Position numbers and translations under genes: made by a program. A DNA stretch of 64,000 nt from a virus, in the IMG/VR virus record IMGVR_UViG_3300037805_000525, positions 1-64,000 of that record; one strand, 5' to 3'. Below are positions 9,141 through 18,317 of this stretch, piece by piece; position 1 is the first letter of the stretch; each line of letters starts with the position of its first letter. Below the pieces are notes generated by a model. That model saw only the letters and a list, made by a program, of their open reading frames with translations, was not told the DNA's origin and searched no databases.

Positions 9141-10571
9141 ATGCCCGACGAAGTGCGAGCGCCACTCACACAATTTGTGGTGTCTAGAGAAGATGGACGA
9201 GACCTACCAGGCGGTGACCTGGAGGGTGCCGAGTACATTGTGCTCGACATCACAAACAACCGCTACGCAACTACCGGCGTACACGCGTACGCCCGGTCAA
9301 TCGCGCGTAAATTCCCAGAGCTTGCAGAGTCGCTGCGCGCAGCGGCGCACGCGGCCACTGCTGTGCGTAAGGCAGAGCGTGACGGAGACAAGCCCATAAG
9401 TGCGTACAGCGACGCTGACATCGTCGCTGAGTACGAGAAGCGCGGGTCGCTCGAAGCAGCGGCAGCGAGCCTGAAGGTGACCAGGTACGTGTTCACCAAG
9501 CGCGCACGGGCTGCAGGGGTCGAGCCTTACGAGGCGCCCAGCGCTGCCGCCATACGTGCGGCGTACGATAAGTGTGGATCCGTGCGGCAGGTGGCCGAGG
9601 ATCTCAGTACGTCGATGACCCGGGTGTACGGCTTCGTCGACGTACCCAGGCCCCCAAACACGACTAAGTCCCAGGTACTGAAAGCGTTCCAGGTGCACGG
9701 ATCTCACGCAGCCGCTGCTGCTTCGCTTGGTCTCAAGGAGCACACCTACAAAGATCGTTTCAGAGACGCGGGTGGGTACGGGCGGCGCACCCTGAACCGG
9801 GCGCGTATCGTCGCGTCGTGGCGCAGGGGAAACAGCATACGAGACGTGGCGCGGCAGAACAGCGCGAGCACTTCGTCTGTGCGACGCATTCTAAGTGAGG
9901 AAGGTGTGCGGAAGGCGCAGCCCGTTCTTGGGCCCAGCGTCCCGCACTCGACCTTCATGGCTATGTACGAGCGCTGGCCAACGTCAAACACGACAGCTAG
10001 CGCGGCGCTTGGGATGGCCGCGTCATCGTATCGGTCGCGCGTTGCCCGTGCGCGTAAGCGCCCCGAATACGTCAAGCCGTGCCCGCGCAGGGCGGCCAGC
10101 AGATTGCTGCGTTGCCCGGATGTGTCTCTGACCGATTCGCTCGCTGGGCGCCTGACTGCGGAGGTCTATGTCTCCTTGGCGCGCGAGGAGCGCCTTCACG
10201 TCAGATGCTTCGGCGGTGACCAGTTCAGCGAGCTGATCCTGCGCGCAGACGCCGCACAGGCTGTGTCGGAGCAGCTACGTGGGTTTGCGCTGCTAGGCAC
10301 GCTCCCCGCTCAGCCAGGACCTATTCCACGCTACGCGTTCTTGGACGAGCTTAGCAACGAGGGCGCTCTCTACAACAGCGCGTACGTTGCCGAGCCCAGT
10401 TGCTGGTTTGGGGCTTGCGTCGCGAGGACCAAAGTATCCAGCACCAACTCAGTGCGAGGCGCCATGATACAACTCACGGCAGCAATGGCAACAGAGGTTG
10501 CCGGGGCGCTTGACCGATTCATTGAGTGGGAGCGTACGAATGAACCCTTGGAATCGAGACTGGGACCCTGA
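9141..10571 (+). CDS. multi-HTH DNA-binding protein (about 5 tandem HTH units)
   Basis: Repeated I..AY...GS...AA..LG.S....Y.R units; GAGG RBS. Confidence 0.7.
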   Translation: MPDEVRAPLTQFVVSREDGRDLPGGDLEGAEYIVLDITNNRYATTGVHAYARSIARKFPELAESLRAAAHAATAVRKAERDGDKPISAYSDADIVAEYEKRGSLEAAAASLKVTRYVFTKRARAAGVEPYEAPSAAAIRAAYDKCGSVRQVAEDLSTSMTRVYGFVDVPRPPNTTKSQVLKAFQVHGSHAAAAASLGLKEHTYKDRFRDAGGYGRRTLNRARIVASWRRGNSIRDVARQNSASTSSVRRILSEEGVRKAQPVLGPSVPHSTFMAMYERWPTSNTTASAALGMAASSYRSRVARARKRPEYVKPCPRRAASRLLRCPDVSLTDSLAGRLTAEVYVSLAREERLHVRCFGGDQFSELILRADAAQAVSEQLRGFALLGTLPAQPGPIPRYAFLDELSNEGALYNSAYVAEPSCWFGACVARTKVSSTNSVRGAMIQLTAAMATEVAGALDRFIEWERTNEPLESRLGP

Positions 10572-10887
10572 CTGGATCGACGACGTTGAGCCATACGCGT
10601 ACCACGACTACCTACGCAGCTGCGAGCCTACGCGATGGGAGATCCTCGGCGAGCTGCTCGCGTTCATCGTAGGCATCCCGATTAGCCTACTCACCCACAC
10701 TAGGTGCTGCGGGCCGGTGCGCAGAGTGCGGGTTCCGATAAGTGGGCCGCAGACGATGGAAGATGCGCGCCAGGAACGTGCGGTACTCGCGCAGAGGTCC
10801 GCATGTATGCGTAGCGGCAGGTCCGACCGGAACTGGGGTGCGCGCACAGCTCACAGGTCCAGGTCTAGAAAGCGCTGGCGCGCGTAG
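10540..10887 (+). CDS. hypothetical protein, one TM segment
   Basis: GGGAG RBS before ATG 10540; ends at terminator. Confidence 0.5.
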   Translation: MNPWNRDWDPDWIDDVEPYAYHDYLRSCEPTRWEILGELLAFIVGIPISLLTHTRCCGPVRRVRVPISGPQTMEDARQERAVLAQRSACMRSGRSDRNWGARTAHRSRSRKRWRA

Positions 10888-10889
10888 CT

Positions 10890-10929
10890 GCGGGGGGGGT
10901 GCTTTGTCACCCCCCGCCGTATTTTTAGC
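10890..10929 (+). terminator. hairpin + TTTTTAG tail
   Basis: GC-rich stem after the last cassette gene. Confidence 0.7.
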
Positions 10930-11836
10930 CTGCGAACGCCTGCGCCGCCTGCGCGATGAAGTCAAACGCGATGCGCTGTCGGCTGGCAAACAGGACCTCC
11001 AGCGTTACGCCTATGCGGTTTGTGTCGCCACGCTGTTCGGCCACTTTCAGCGGTGTCACCGCAATGATGCGCTCAGACGAGTCATTGTCCGAGGAACTCT
11101 GCCGGGCAATGAGTAGCGCGGCCGCGGCCTGTATCCGACCAACTACCACCGCCACCACGCTTGCCGAGTCTTTACCGTTCGAGTTGATTCCACTGATCGT
11201 ACGCAAGCCTGCGGCAGGGGCGCGCTTGTCGAATACGTTTGTGCCTGGGGTTGCGAGAAGCACCTTAATGAGCTGCCCGACCGCCTTGAGCTCGCCGCTC
11301 ACCGCACGCGGCCCTTTTGACGACAGGGAGTAATCGAACCCAGACTTCGTAGAGAACTGTGTGGCTGCACCAATCAGCGTGACCGCGGCCACCGCGCTGT
11401 CTGTAGCTGTGAGCGCCACGTAGGCGGTCGTGCGCGACAGCGTGGAGAACGGGCGCGACAGCCCGTTGACAACGATCTCCTCGACCTTGTCCATGTCGTT
11501 TGCGTGCACGCGTATCGCGGTGTCCACTATCCGAACGTCCCCAGCCACTGTGGCTTCTGTGCCCGGCGGGAGTGCCGCCTTCACCTCAGACGCAATGTAG
11601 TCCCCGCTGTCGTCGGTGTACTCGAGACGTACGGCAGGCGTGGTCGCCCCCGCGAGTAGCGTCGGGAACACGAGCACAGTCCCGTCGCCCACGTCTACGA
11701 ACGGGACGTCAACACCGGCCACCTTCGCGGCTGCAACCGTGTGCGGCTTCCCTGGGATCAGCCGAAGTACAGACACGTAGTCGTACTGCCGCACGGGCAG
11801 AACCTTTCGGAGGCGGACGGCTTGTATGTCACTCAT
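10925..11836 (-). CDS. baseplate wedge gp25/GPW-like domain protein
   Basis: C-terminal VSGELKAVGQLIKVLLATPGTNVF...Q.......SERIIAV...IGVTLEV resembles gp25-like sheath initiators. Start reassigned to ATG 11836 (GAGG RBS). Confidence 0.55.
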   Translation of the reverse strand: MSDIQAVRLRKVLPVRQYDYVSVLRLIPGKPHTVAAAKVAGVDVPFVDVGDGTVLVFPTLLAGATTPAVRLEYTDDSGDYIASEVKAALPPGTEATVAGDVRIVDTAIRVHANDMDKVEEIVVNGLSRPFSTLSRTTAYVALTATDSAVAAVTLIGAATQFSTKSGFDYSLSSKGPRAVSGELKAVGQLIKVLLATPGTNVFDKRAPAAGLRTISGINSNGKDSASVVAVVVGRIQAAAALLIARQSSSDNDSSERIIAVTPLKVAEQRGDTNRIGVTLEVLFASRQRIAFDFIAQAAQAFAG

Positions 11837-11867
11837 GGCGGGACCTCTCGTAACGAACACAACACCA

Positions 11868-11884
11868 TTATCACACTGTGATAT
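11868..11884. repeat. 17-bp palindrome copy 2 (ACT)
   Basis: TTATCACACTGTGATAT. Confidence 0.95.
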
Positions 11885-11902
11885 CTGCGGCGGCGTGGGA
11901 GA

Positions 11903-11938
11903 ACAAATATTGCGGCGTACTAGGTATAAGAGGTTTAG
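11903..11938 (+). promoter_or_regulatory. phage promoter motif
   Basis: ACAAA-N15-GGTATAAG-N5-TAG. Confidence 0.8.
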
Positions 11939-11955
11939 ACCGTAGGGAGGCACAC

Positions 11956-12639
11956 ATGGGATATATCGACGTTGAAAATGCACGAGAGGTGGTCTCGTCT
12001 ATGGCCAACAGCACTCCGTGCGAGTTCGACATGGACGCACTACTTGACTGGCTTGACGAGGAGGGCGAGCAGTTTATCTGTGCCGATCTGATCCTGCGTC
12101 TCGCTAAGGATCGCGTAGTAGACACGGGGTGGTTCCTGGAACGGCTTGTGGATCCTGAGCTGCTGCACGATGTCACGCTGTCAGGAGATAAGACGCTGCT
12201 GTACAGGATCGCGTACAACAAATGTGCGGCACACAAGACGTTGCTGTACCTCGCTACGCACGACAACGAGGACGTGCGAGAACGCGTTGCGCACCGCGCG
12301 CCTGCGTCTCTTCAGACGCTACTTGTGAGTGACCCCTCTGCGCACGTGCGCCGGGCGCTTGCAGGGAACACACTGTTGTCCGCCGACGTGCAAGAAGTTC
12401 TAGTGACCTGCTTGGATCGAAAGACCGCGTGGGCCATCGTCTGGAACACGGGCGCTACGGAGGACTCGCTCCGCGCAGTGCACGCCTTCGCCTGTGCGGG
12501 GGGACCGTTCGACAACTACGACATGCGTGCCGTCCGCTCGTCAATCGCAGAGCACCGAGCATGCTCGGCCGAGTTTGAACGGCAGATGGACGAAGAACTT
12601 GACGAGCTTTGGGTAGAAATACGTAAGGAGTCCACATGA
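11956..12639 (+). CDS. HEAT/leucine-rich-variant (LRV) repeat protein
   Basis: Repeats LATHDNEDVRERVA and LVSDPSAHVRRALAGN; GGGAGG RBS. Confidence 0.75.
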   Translation: MGYIDVENAREVVSSMANSTPCEFDMDALLDWLDEEGEQFICADLILRLAKDRVVDTGWFLERLVDPELLHDVTLSGDKTLLYRIAYNKCAAHKTLLYLATHDNEDVRERVAHRAPASLQTLLVSDPSAHVRRALAGNTLLSADVQEVLVTCLDRKTAWAIVWNTGATEDSLRAVHAFACAGGPFDNYDMRAVRSSIAEHRACSAEFERQMDEELDELWVEIRKEST

Positions 12640-13247
12640 AGTCAGCCATCCAGGGATACGTGATCGCTCTACCAGGCAGCGTACACGCGGGCCTGCTTTA
12701 CGCATTTGGCGAGTCGCTCGCCGAATGCGTCACCGCAGAGAACGCAACAACCATTGGGGTCCGCCTATTGGCGTGGGCGTCCCTCGGCGACGAGTACGGC
12801 TTTCGTAACGATGTCGCCGAGGCGGTTGCTCAGGAGCCTGCGGGGCTCACCGTAGACGCGGACTACGAACCCTTCGAGCCGGAGAGCGCGCCAGAAGATC
12901 CGGTTACTGCAGCCTGTGTGTTGAAGCACGAGCTTCGCCTGCTGAAGCTGCGCATCCGCGATGCCTGCCGGCTGCTCCAGTACGGCATCCAGTACAACGT
13001 GCGTGGTCGCCGAGTGTACGCGTACGCCATACCGAACACACACGACTCGAACGACGTGCTTGACGCGTACGCGCGCGTCTTCAACTCTGAACTGCTGCAC
13101 ATCCACCGCGCTAGGCACCTACACCTCGACGGGTGCGCCGGGTACGGCTGTACAAAGAAGACCTTCCAGGGCAACGAAGTGTACGCATGTGCGATCGTCG
13201 ACACAGAGCACGGCGCACAGATCATCCAACACGGGTACGAACACTAG
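12636..13247 (+). CDS. hypothetical protein, paralog of 13259..13858
   Basis: AAGGAG RBS, ATGA overlap. Confidence 0.75.
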   Translation: MKSAIQGYVIALPGSVHAGLLYAFGESLAECVTAENATTIGVRLLAWASLGDEYGFRNDVAEAVAQEPAGLTVDADYEPFEPESAPEDPVTAACVLKHELRLLKLRIRDACRLLQYGIQYNVRGRRVYAYAIPNTHDSNDVLDAYARVFNSELLHIHRARHLHLDGCAGYGCTKKTFQGNEVYACAIVDTEHGAQIIQHGYEH

Positions 13248-13258
13248 AAAGGCAACAC

Positions 13259-13858
13259 ATGTCAGTGTCCCAACTCGGTATCCTGCTCATGCTCCCATCA
13301 GGGACGCCTGAGGGGGAACTTCCTGCGCTGGCAAAGGAACTCTGCCAGCTCATCACTGCGGAGGGCGCCCCGCACATTGCGGCGCAGCTCGACAAGTTCG
13401 ACTACATCGAAACAATGGACGCGTCAGTTGAGGTGCTCACCCGACTCAGCAAAGAGGGCACCGCATTCGACGAAGACACTATGGAGGCGTACCAGGCGTT
13501 CCTGCCTGAGACGTACCCAGAAGACGCCGGCCTCGAGGACGCCGTGCGGCGCCATGAGGTTGACCTACTCCGTGAGTTCCTCACTGCGGCGGTTCTCGGC
13601 CTACAGGGTGTGCTGCACGCAGAGGTGCGCGGACGCACAGCGTACTGGCGGTCAGAGGACAGCTACGGCGACTGCACCGACAAACTGACGAGCATGCTTA
13701 ACCTCACCGTGTCACGCGTACTGGCCCTCCACTTCGCCGTGCACGAGCACATGCCGGACTGCGACGGGTTCTGCGACCACGTGGAACATTGGGGGATCGG
13801 CGTAAACTCCTGCGGCTTGACCAAGGACGGCGCGCTAGGCGACGGGTACTACGCATGA
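13259..13858 (+). CDS. hypothetical protein, paralog of 12636..13247
   Basis: Collinear similarity with the upstream gene. Confidence 0.75.
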   Translation: MSVSQLGILLMLPSGTPEGELPALAKELCQLITAEGAPHIAAQLDKFDYIETMDASVEVLTRLSKEGTAFDEDTMEAYQAFLPETYPEDAGLEDAVRRHEVDLLREFLTAAVLGLQGVLHAEVRGRTAYWRSEDSYGDCTDKLTSMLNLTVSRVLALHFAVHEHMPDCDGFCDHVEHWGIGVNSCGLTKDGALGDGYYA

Positions 13859-14334
13859 CCGAAAAACTACACAACGACGAGGAGTTCGAGCTGGAGATTG
13901 ACCTCTTCCTCGCGCGCTCGGCCAACCAACTGCTGCTCGATGACATCCGTACTCTACGCAAGATCCGGTCGCTGATCGTGGAACACATGCTTTCGCTCAC
14001 CCCTGAACGGGACTACGACGAGCCGTCGAGGCTGGTTGGTGGAATCACTCGGCTGGCGACTAGCCTCTGTGGACGTCACGCGCGTGTGTACGGGTACGTG
14101 AAGATCGCCGAAGACAGCGGGACGTCCGACGCGTGGCAACGCGCACGAGACCCGATCGGGCGGTACATACACAGCCTGGTGGATCGCAGTGCGCGCATTC
14201 GTGAGGGGATCACGGAGATGGCCACCAAGCTGCGCGCCATGCGCCACACGATCCCACCGCTGCACGAGCGCGACCCGAACGAGAACCCGCCAAACGTGCA
14301 GTGCTCGAAGATGTCGGTGCACCACCCGAAGTAG
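13855..14334 (+). CDS. hypothetical protein
   Basis: ATGA overlap. Confidence 0.65.
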   Translation: MTEKLHNDEEFELEIDLFLARSANQLLLDDIRTLRKIRSLIVEHMLSLTPERDYDEPSRLVGGITRLATSLCGRHARVYGYVKIAEDSGTSDAWQRARDPIGRYIHSLVDRSARIREGITEMATKLRAMRHTIPPLHERDPNENPPNVQCSKMSVHHPK

Positions 14335-14379
14335 GTGCGCAGATAGATCCCGCCCAATCTACATGGAAGGCACATCAAC

Positions 14380-14805
14380 ATGAAGAGTACTGACCCATTT
14401 GAGTCCCTGTGCGCCTGCTGCGGAAAGGTCATGCCTGGTCCGGCGCCAGAGGAGTTCACGACGCTGACGAGGTCTCCTGGGAATGCCATTGAAGTTCCGT
14501 GGTGCACTCGGTGCTTCGGGCGCGTTGACGGCGAGGACGGTGGAATCGTCGTAATCGAAACGAAAGTCAACGAAGACGGCTCTGCGGCACGTCGCGGCGT
14601 TGGGCTTATCGGCCCAGAGCTGCTGGACGAGCTGTTCGGCTGTCCCGAGGCACGTGCGCGCTTCGACAGTGACACCGTAGACAAGGTGGTCGCGGACGCG
14701 AAGGAGTGTCGCGTTCTGCGCCTTGGCGTTGAGGCGTTCGCCGCAATCATGGGTGGCGCCGCGCGCGTTACACACGAAGAGATCGACGCTGGGAGGCGCC
14801 AATGA
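14380..14805 (+). CDS. hypothetical protein with CxxC...CxxC zinc motif
   Basis: CACC and CTRC pairs; GGAAGG RBS. Confidence 0.7.
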   Translation: MKSTDPFESLCACCGKVMPGPAPEEFTTLTRSPGNAIEVPWCTRCFGRVDGEDGGIVVIETKVNEDGSAARRGVGLIGPELLDELFGCPEARARFDSDTVDKVVADAKECRVLRLGVEAFAAIMGGAARVTHEEIDAGRRQ

Positions 14806-14961
14806 ATGGTCCGGTGGATGGCCCGCTCGAGCTCAGTGCGGACCCGAAAGACTACGTAACGGACGACTGAGTGTCGCACACGATCTCGTCCGACGCAGTG
14901 CGTGGGCCGTACGTGTTCGAGCCGAGTTAGCTCGTCAGCGCGGCCCACGTCTGGGACTGGA

Positions 14962-14978
14962 TTATCACACTGTGATAG
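14962..14978. repeat. 17-bp palindrome copy 3 (ACT)
   Basis: TTATCACACTGTGATAG. Confidence 0.95.
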
Positions 14979-14996
14979 TCCTTTCTTACCTGTGGG

Positions 14997-15032
14997 GCAA
15001 GAACGGCTGCGGCACGGGTATAAGAGCCATAG
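14997..15032 (+). promoter_or_regulatory. phage promoter motif
   Basis: GCAAG-N15-GGTATAAG-N5-TAG. Confidence 0.8.
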
Positions 15033-15063
15033 GTGGCCAGACAACTACCTAGGAGGAAGACCA

Positions 15064-15213
15064 ATGCCCGTGCAAGAAATGAAGTTGGCCGAAATGCGCA
15101 TGCAGGACTGGTTCTGGGAAGGGCTGGGAGAATTCGTCGAGCGATCGGGCGCCAGTGCGGACCACGAAGCCTGGGAGACCCCAAAAACAAACAGCCATGA
15201 GGAGTCGACATGA
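15064..15213 (+). CDS. small hypothetical protein
   Basis: AGGAGG RBS after promoter; ATGA overlap with next gene. Confidence 0.6.
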   Translation: MPVQEMKLAEMRMQDWFWEGLGEFVERSGASADHEAWETPKTNSHEEST

Positions 15214-15659
15214 GCATGGTGAGCATCCCTGACCCGGACGAGGTGTTCGGCGTAGACAACACGCTCGAGTTGCTTGAGAAGCGCATTGGCGGCGGCATCA
15301 TCGAGCAACTACTGCTGCGGCAGAAGGCTACCGCAGAGCGCGAGGATACGGACGATCCTGTGGAGCAGTCCGTGTACTACTTCGAGCCGCGAACGCGCTG
15401 GTGTGGCGCGTCGTTCGACAAGCACATCACGCGGGCCGCGCAAGGTGTCGTGTACAGATTCACACAGGCGGGGTATAAGGTGACCACGTACAACCAGGAT
15501 CTCGACACTAGCACGCAGGAGGGGCAGCACTTCCGCCTGCGGCGCAAGCCGCCTGTGGTTATGCGTAAAGACCCTGTGGCGCTGACGGGGGCGCGAATTC
15601 GCGAGAAGAACGTGGCTAATGGGCGCACACTCCACAACCCGTCTGTTGCGCCCAAATGA
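15210..15659 (+). CDS. hypothetical protein
   Basis: GAGGAG RBS, coupled overlaps. Confidence 0.7.
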   Translation: MSMVSIPDPDEVFGVDNTLELLEKRIGGGIIEQLLLRQKATAEREDTDDPVEQSVYYFEPRTRWCGASFDKHITRAAQGVVYRFTQAGYKVTTYNQDLDTSTQEGQHFRLRRKPPVVMRKDPVALTGARIREKNVANGRTLHNPSVAPK

Positions 15660-16414
15660 CACACGCAGACTTGACTCAACACCTCGCCTCGCAAGACGTA
15701 TACACGGCTATCCGGGAGTCGCTGGGGGCCGGGCTCGACGGGGTGCCATACACGCTCACCGCGAAAGAGATCAGGCTCGTACTCGAGTCCCTCCCTCAGG
15801 TCGCTCGCCCGGTTAAGCTATTTCTGTACAGGGCGCAAACTCGTACAAGCTTTGAGGCGCGTGCGGCACGGCTGGGCAAATTCGCCGACGGTGTGCCCGT
15901 TCGCGTTCGAGTGGAGCTTCGGTTCTCAGAACTCGCAGAGTTCGGCCACCGTGTTGCCGACAGTGGCCATGCCGACGACATCAGGTTCAGCACCTCACCG
16001 AAGAGTACGAGTGCAATGTCGCTCATCCAGGTGAGTTCCGCCGAAGCCCTGTCGAGGCTCATCGTGCTGTGTGCACCAAGGTACACCGGGCTGGCGTTCG
16101 TCGCGCAGGCCTTACTGCGCGAGCTTGGGTACGTCTGGGTGCCGGAGCTCGTCCTGCTACAGAGCTTTGGGGCCGCTACGGCAGCCCTAGTACCTGTCGG
16201 ACAGGTGGTGGTGTCGGACACGATCGGCGCCAATCCGCTCACGTACGCGCTTGAAGGGAACATGCGTACGGAAGCCCTTCAAGTGTTCAGGAACTGGTCT
16301 GCTGGAACGATCCACCGGCATACCTTCTGGCGCGTCACGGGTGACCCTGGCGAAGAGAAGGCGGCGGAGATTACGGTTCCGAACCAGGTGGACTGGGCGG
16401 GGTTCAGTCCATGA
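15656..16414 (+). CDS. hypothetical protein
   Basis: ATGA overlaps at both ends. Confidence 0.7.
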   Translation: MTHADLTQHLASQDVYTAIRESLGAGLDGVPYTLTAKEIRLVLESLPQVARPVKLFLYRAQTRTSFEARAARLGKFADGVPVRVRVELRFSELAEFGHRVADSGHADDIRFSTSPKSTSAMSLIQVSSAEALSRLIVLCAPRYTGLAFVAQALLRELGYVWVPELVLLQSFGAATAALVPVGQVVVSDTIGANPLTYALEGNMRTEALQVFRNWSAGTIHRHTFWRVTGDPGEEKAAEITVPNQVDWAGFSP

Positions 16415-16860
16415 CTACCGACAAACTGTGCGAGGAGACGGAGGCAGGTGTCGTGGCGGAGCAGTCCCCGATCGAGAAGCTGCGGACGTACTTTGCCGAT
16501 CAGCTGCCAAACCACCTCAACGCCATCGGCGTGCACCCGCACATTGCGCTCGTATTCAACGACGAGCAGCTCACGGTACTCGCTGTAGACCTACCGCCTA
16601 CGCGGCTGCGGCGCGCCGTAGAGGATGCGATGTACGACAACGCAACCGCGGCGGTCTTCGGCATGGACATTTCGTGCCGCCCCAACCAGGGCACCACGCT
16701 TGCGGACATGATCGCGCTGTTCGAGTGGCTCCCTGGTACAGGTTGGTACTTCGGCGGTGTAATCGAGTACCAGCACGAGCCGCGTATCGTGAGGCCGCTT
16801 GCATTTAACGCGTACTGGGACGAGGCATTCAGTGGCTACGTCTCCCGGATCAACTCATGA
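16411..16860 (+). CDS. hypothetical protein
   Basis: ATGA overlaps. Confidence 0.7.
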   Translation: MTTDKLCEETEAGVVAEQSPIEKLRTYFADQLPNHLNAIGVHPHIALVFNDEQLTVLAVDLPPTRLRRAVEDAMYDNATAAVFGMDISCRPNQGTTLADMIALFEWLPGTGWYFGGVIEYQHEPRIVRPLAFNAYWDEAFSGYVSRINS

Positions 16861-17222
16861 TCATCAACCGCAAGCGCTTTGAGCGCGTACATACTCTGAA
16901 GAAGCGTGGCGCGCGGCACTACGTCATGACGTTGGAGTTCGAGGGCGTCGGGTGGATCATCGACACCCCCGTGGAGGTGGACCACTTAGAGCCCCTCACT
17001 CTGCGATGGCACTACTGCTCCATCGTGGCGCAGCCTGTGGAGCCTGATGTTGTCGAGGGGCGCATGCACGCAGACGAGACCTGGTACGAGGTTTCGTGGC
17101 GCCTGGTTCCCCCGGGATGGCGTAAGTTCTTCCTGCGCGGGTTCGAAGACTGGCAGTGGCCAGAAATCATCGCCGCAATCAAGGCGACTCTCGAAGTCGA
17201 GGCGGCGGACGATGCCGCGTAA
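16857..17222 (+). CDS. hypothetical protein
   Basis: ATGA overlap. Confidence 0.7.
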   Translation: MIINRKRFERVHTLKKRGARHYVMTLEFEGVGWIIDTPVEVDHLEPLTLRWHYCSIVAQPVEPDVVEGRMHADETWYEVSWRLVPPGWRKFFLRGFEDWQWPEIIAAIKATLEVEAADDAA

Positions 17223-17364
17223 GAAGCGGCTGAAGATGTTCACTCGTAGGTGTCATAGGTGTACACGCACCTGGGGCGCGTACACCTGGTCAGACTCATG
17301 CCCGCACTGTAACGGCGGGCGTCCCTGGGCCTTCGGCCCGTATTGTTCAACGAACGTCGCGTAG
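17212..17364 (+). CDS. small zinc-ribbon protein
   Basis: CHRC...CPHC in a basic 50-aa ORF. Confidence 0.55.
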   Translation: MPRKKRLKMFTRRCHRCTRTWGAYTWSDSCPHCNGGRPWAFGPYCSTNVA

Positions 17365-17387
17365 CGGCGAGAAATGGAAGTGCCCTC

Positions 17388-17591
17388 GTGGAAGATCTCA
17401 TTATGTTGGTTGTCCTTGGCGGACTGCTCATCGGCTTCTTGTGGCTCGGCCACTACATCGGCGCCACCAAGGGCCGCGGTGGACTGGGCGTGCTCTTGGC
17501 GTTCCTGCTTGGGCCCATTGGGCTGCTCATCGTCGCGGTGATGCCGCCCACAGATGAGAAGCGTCGCCAGGACGCTGCCCGCCTTGACTGA
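17388..17591 (+). CDS. small membrane protein
   Basis: Two hydrophobic segments, KGR...LLGPIGLLIVAVMP. Confidence 0.65.
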   Translation: MEDLIMLVVLGGLLIGFLWLGHYIGATKGRGGLGVLLAFLLGPIGLLIVAVMPPTDEKRRQDAARLD

Positions 17592-17643
17592 CCGCGAAGA
17601 CGCCGCGCGCGGCTACAACTAGGCGGTGACGTCTGGGACTGGA

Positions 17644-17660
17644 TTATCACGTTGTGATAA
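17644..17660. repeat. 17-bp palindrome copy 4 (GTT)
   Basis: TTATCACGTTGTGATAA. Confidence 0.95.
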
Positions 17661-17687
17661 TCCTTTTCTTAGCTATGACGTACCGGC

Positions 17688-17723
17688 GCAAAACCCACAC
17701 TGCCTACGGCATAAGCACCCTAG
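17688..17723 (+). promoter_or_regulatory. phage promoter motif
   Basis: GCAAA-N15-GGCATAAG-N5-TAG. Confidence 0.85.
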
Positions 17724-17750
17724 TAGACACTTCACTACGGAGGGCTGTTC

Positions 17751-18317
17751 GTGTACGAGACATCACCACCTAACCCACTATGGGTAATCTGCGGGAAGCA
17801 GCTCGGGCGGCCCAAAAAGGGTGACCGCGCGTACAAGGCGTATACGCACGACGTGTGCGGCGGAATCTACCACTACACCTGCAATGGGTACGTTGGGGTA
17901 TCGCCCATCTGGCTCCGCCCACGGATGCCCGCGGACCTTACAGATCCGCATCCAGGGAGCGCGCACTGCGAGTTGGGTCATCGCGAAGAGGTCGGGCTGA
18001 GCCTAACCGCCGCAGCTGCTGCGTTGAGGCTTTACGCCCTGTGCTCCAACCACGAGCGCCACAGCGTAGTGCGGCTTCTCCAGGTATTCGTGTGCGCGCG
18101 CGGTGTGCGCTACCCGTACTTCGACCTGTGCCCAACGTGCGTGGAGCGCGGTGAGTACTACGTGGAGAACGACGAGAACCCATACGACGAAGAGGCAGAC
18201 TGGTTGTTTGCGTGGGCCAGCGCCCGACAGGATCCGGAGAATTACATCCGCGACTCAGATGTAGAGTACCCAACCCCAACGCTTGGACAAGGCGTATGCC
18301 AGGAGGCACCCAGATGA
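17751..18317 (+). CDS. hypothetical Cys/His-rich protein
   Basis: GGAGG RBS after promoter. Confidence 0.65.
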   Translation: MYETSPPNPLWVICGKQLGRPKKGDRAYKAYTHDVCGGIYHYTCNGYVGVSPIWLRPRMPADLTDPHPGSAHCELGHREEVGLSLTAAAAALRLYALCSNHERHSVVRLLQVFVCARGVRYPYFDLCPTCVERGEYYVENDENPYDEEADWLFAWASARQDPENYIRDSDVEYPTPTLGQGVCQEAPR

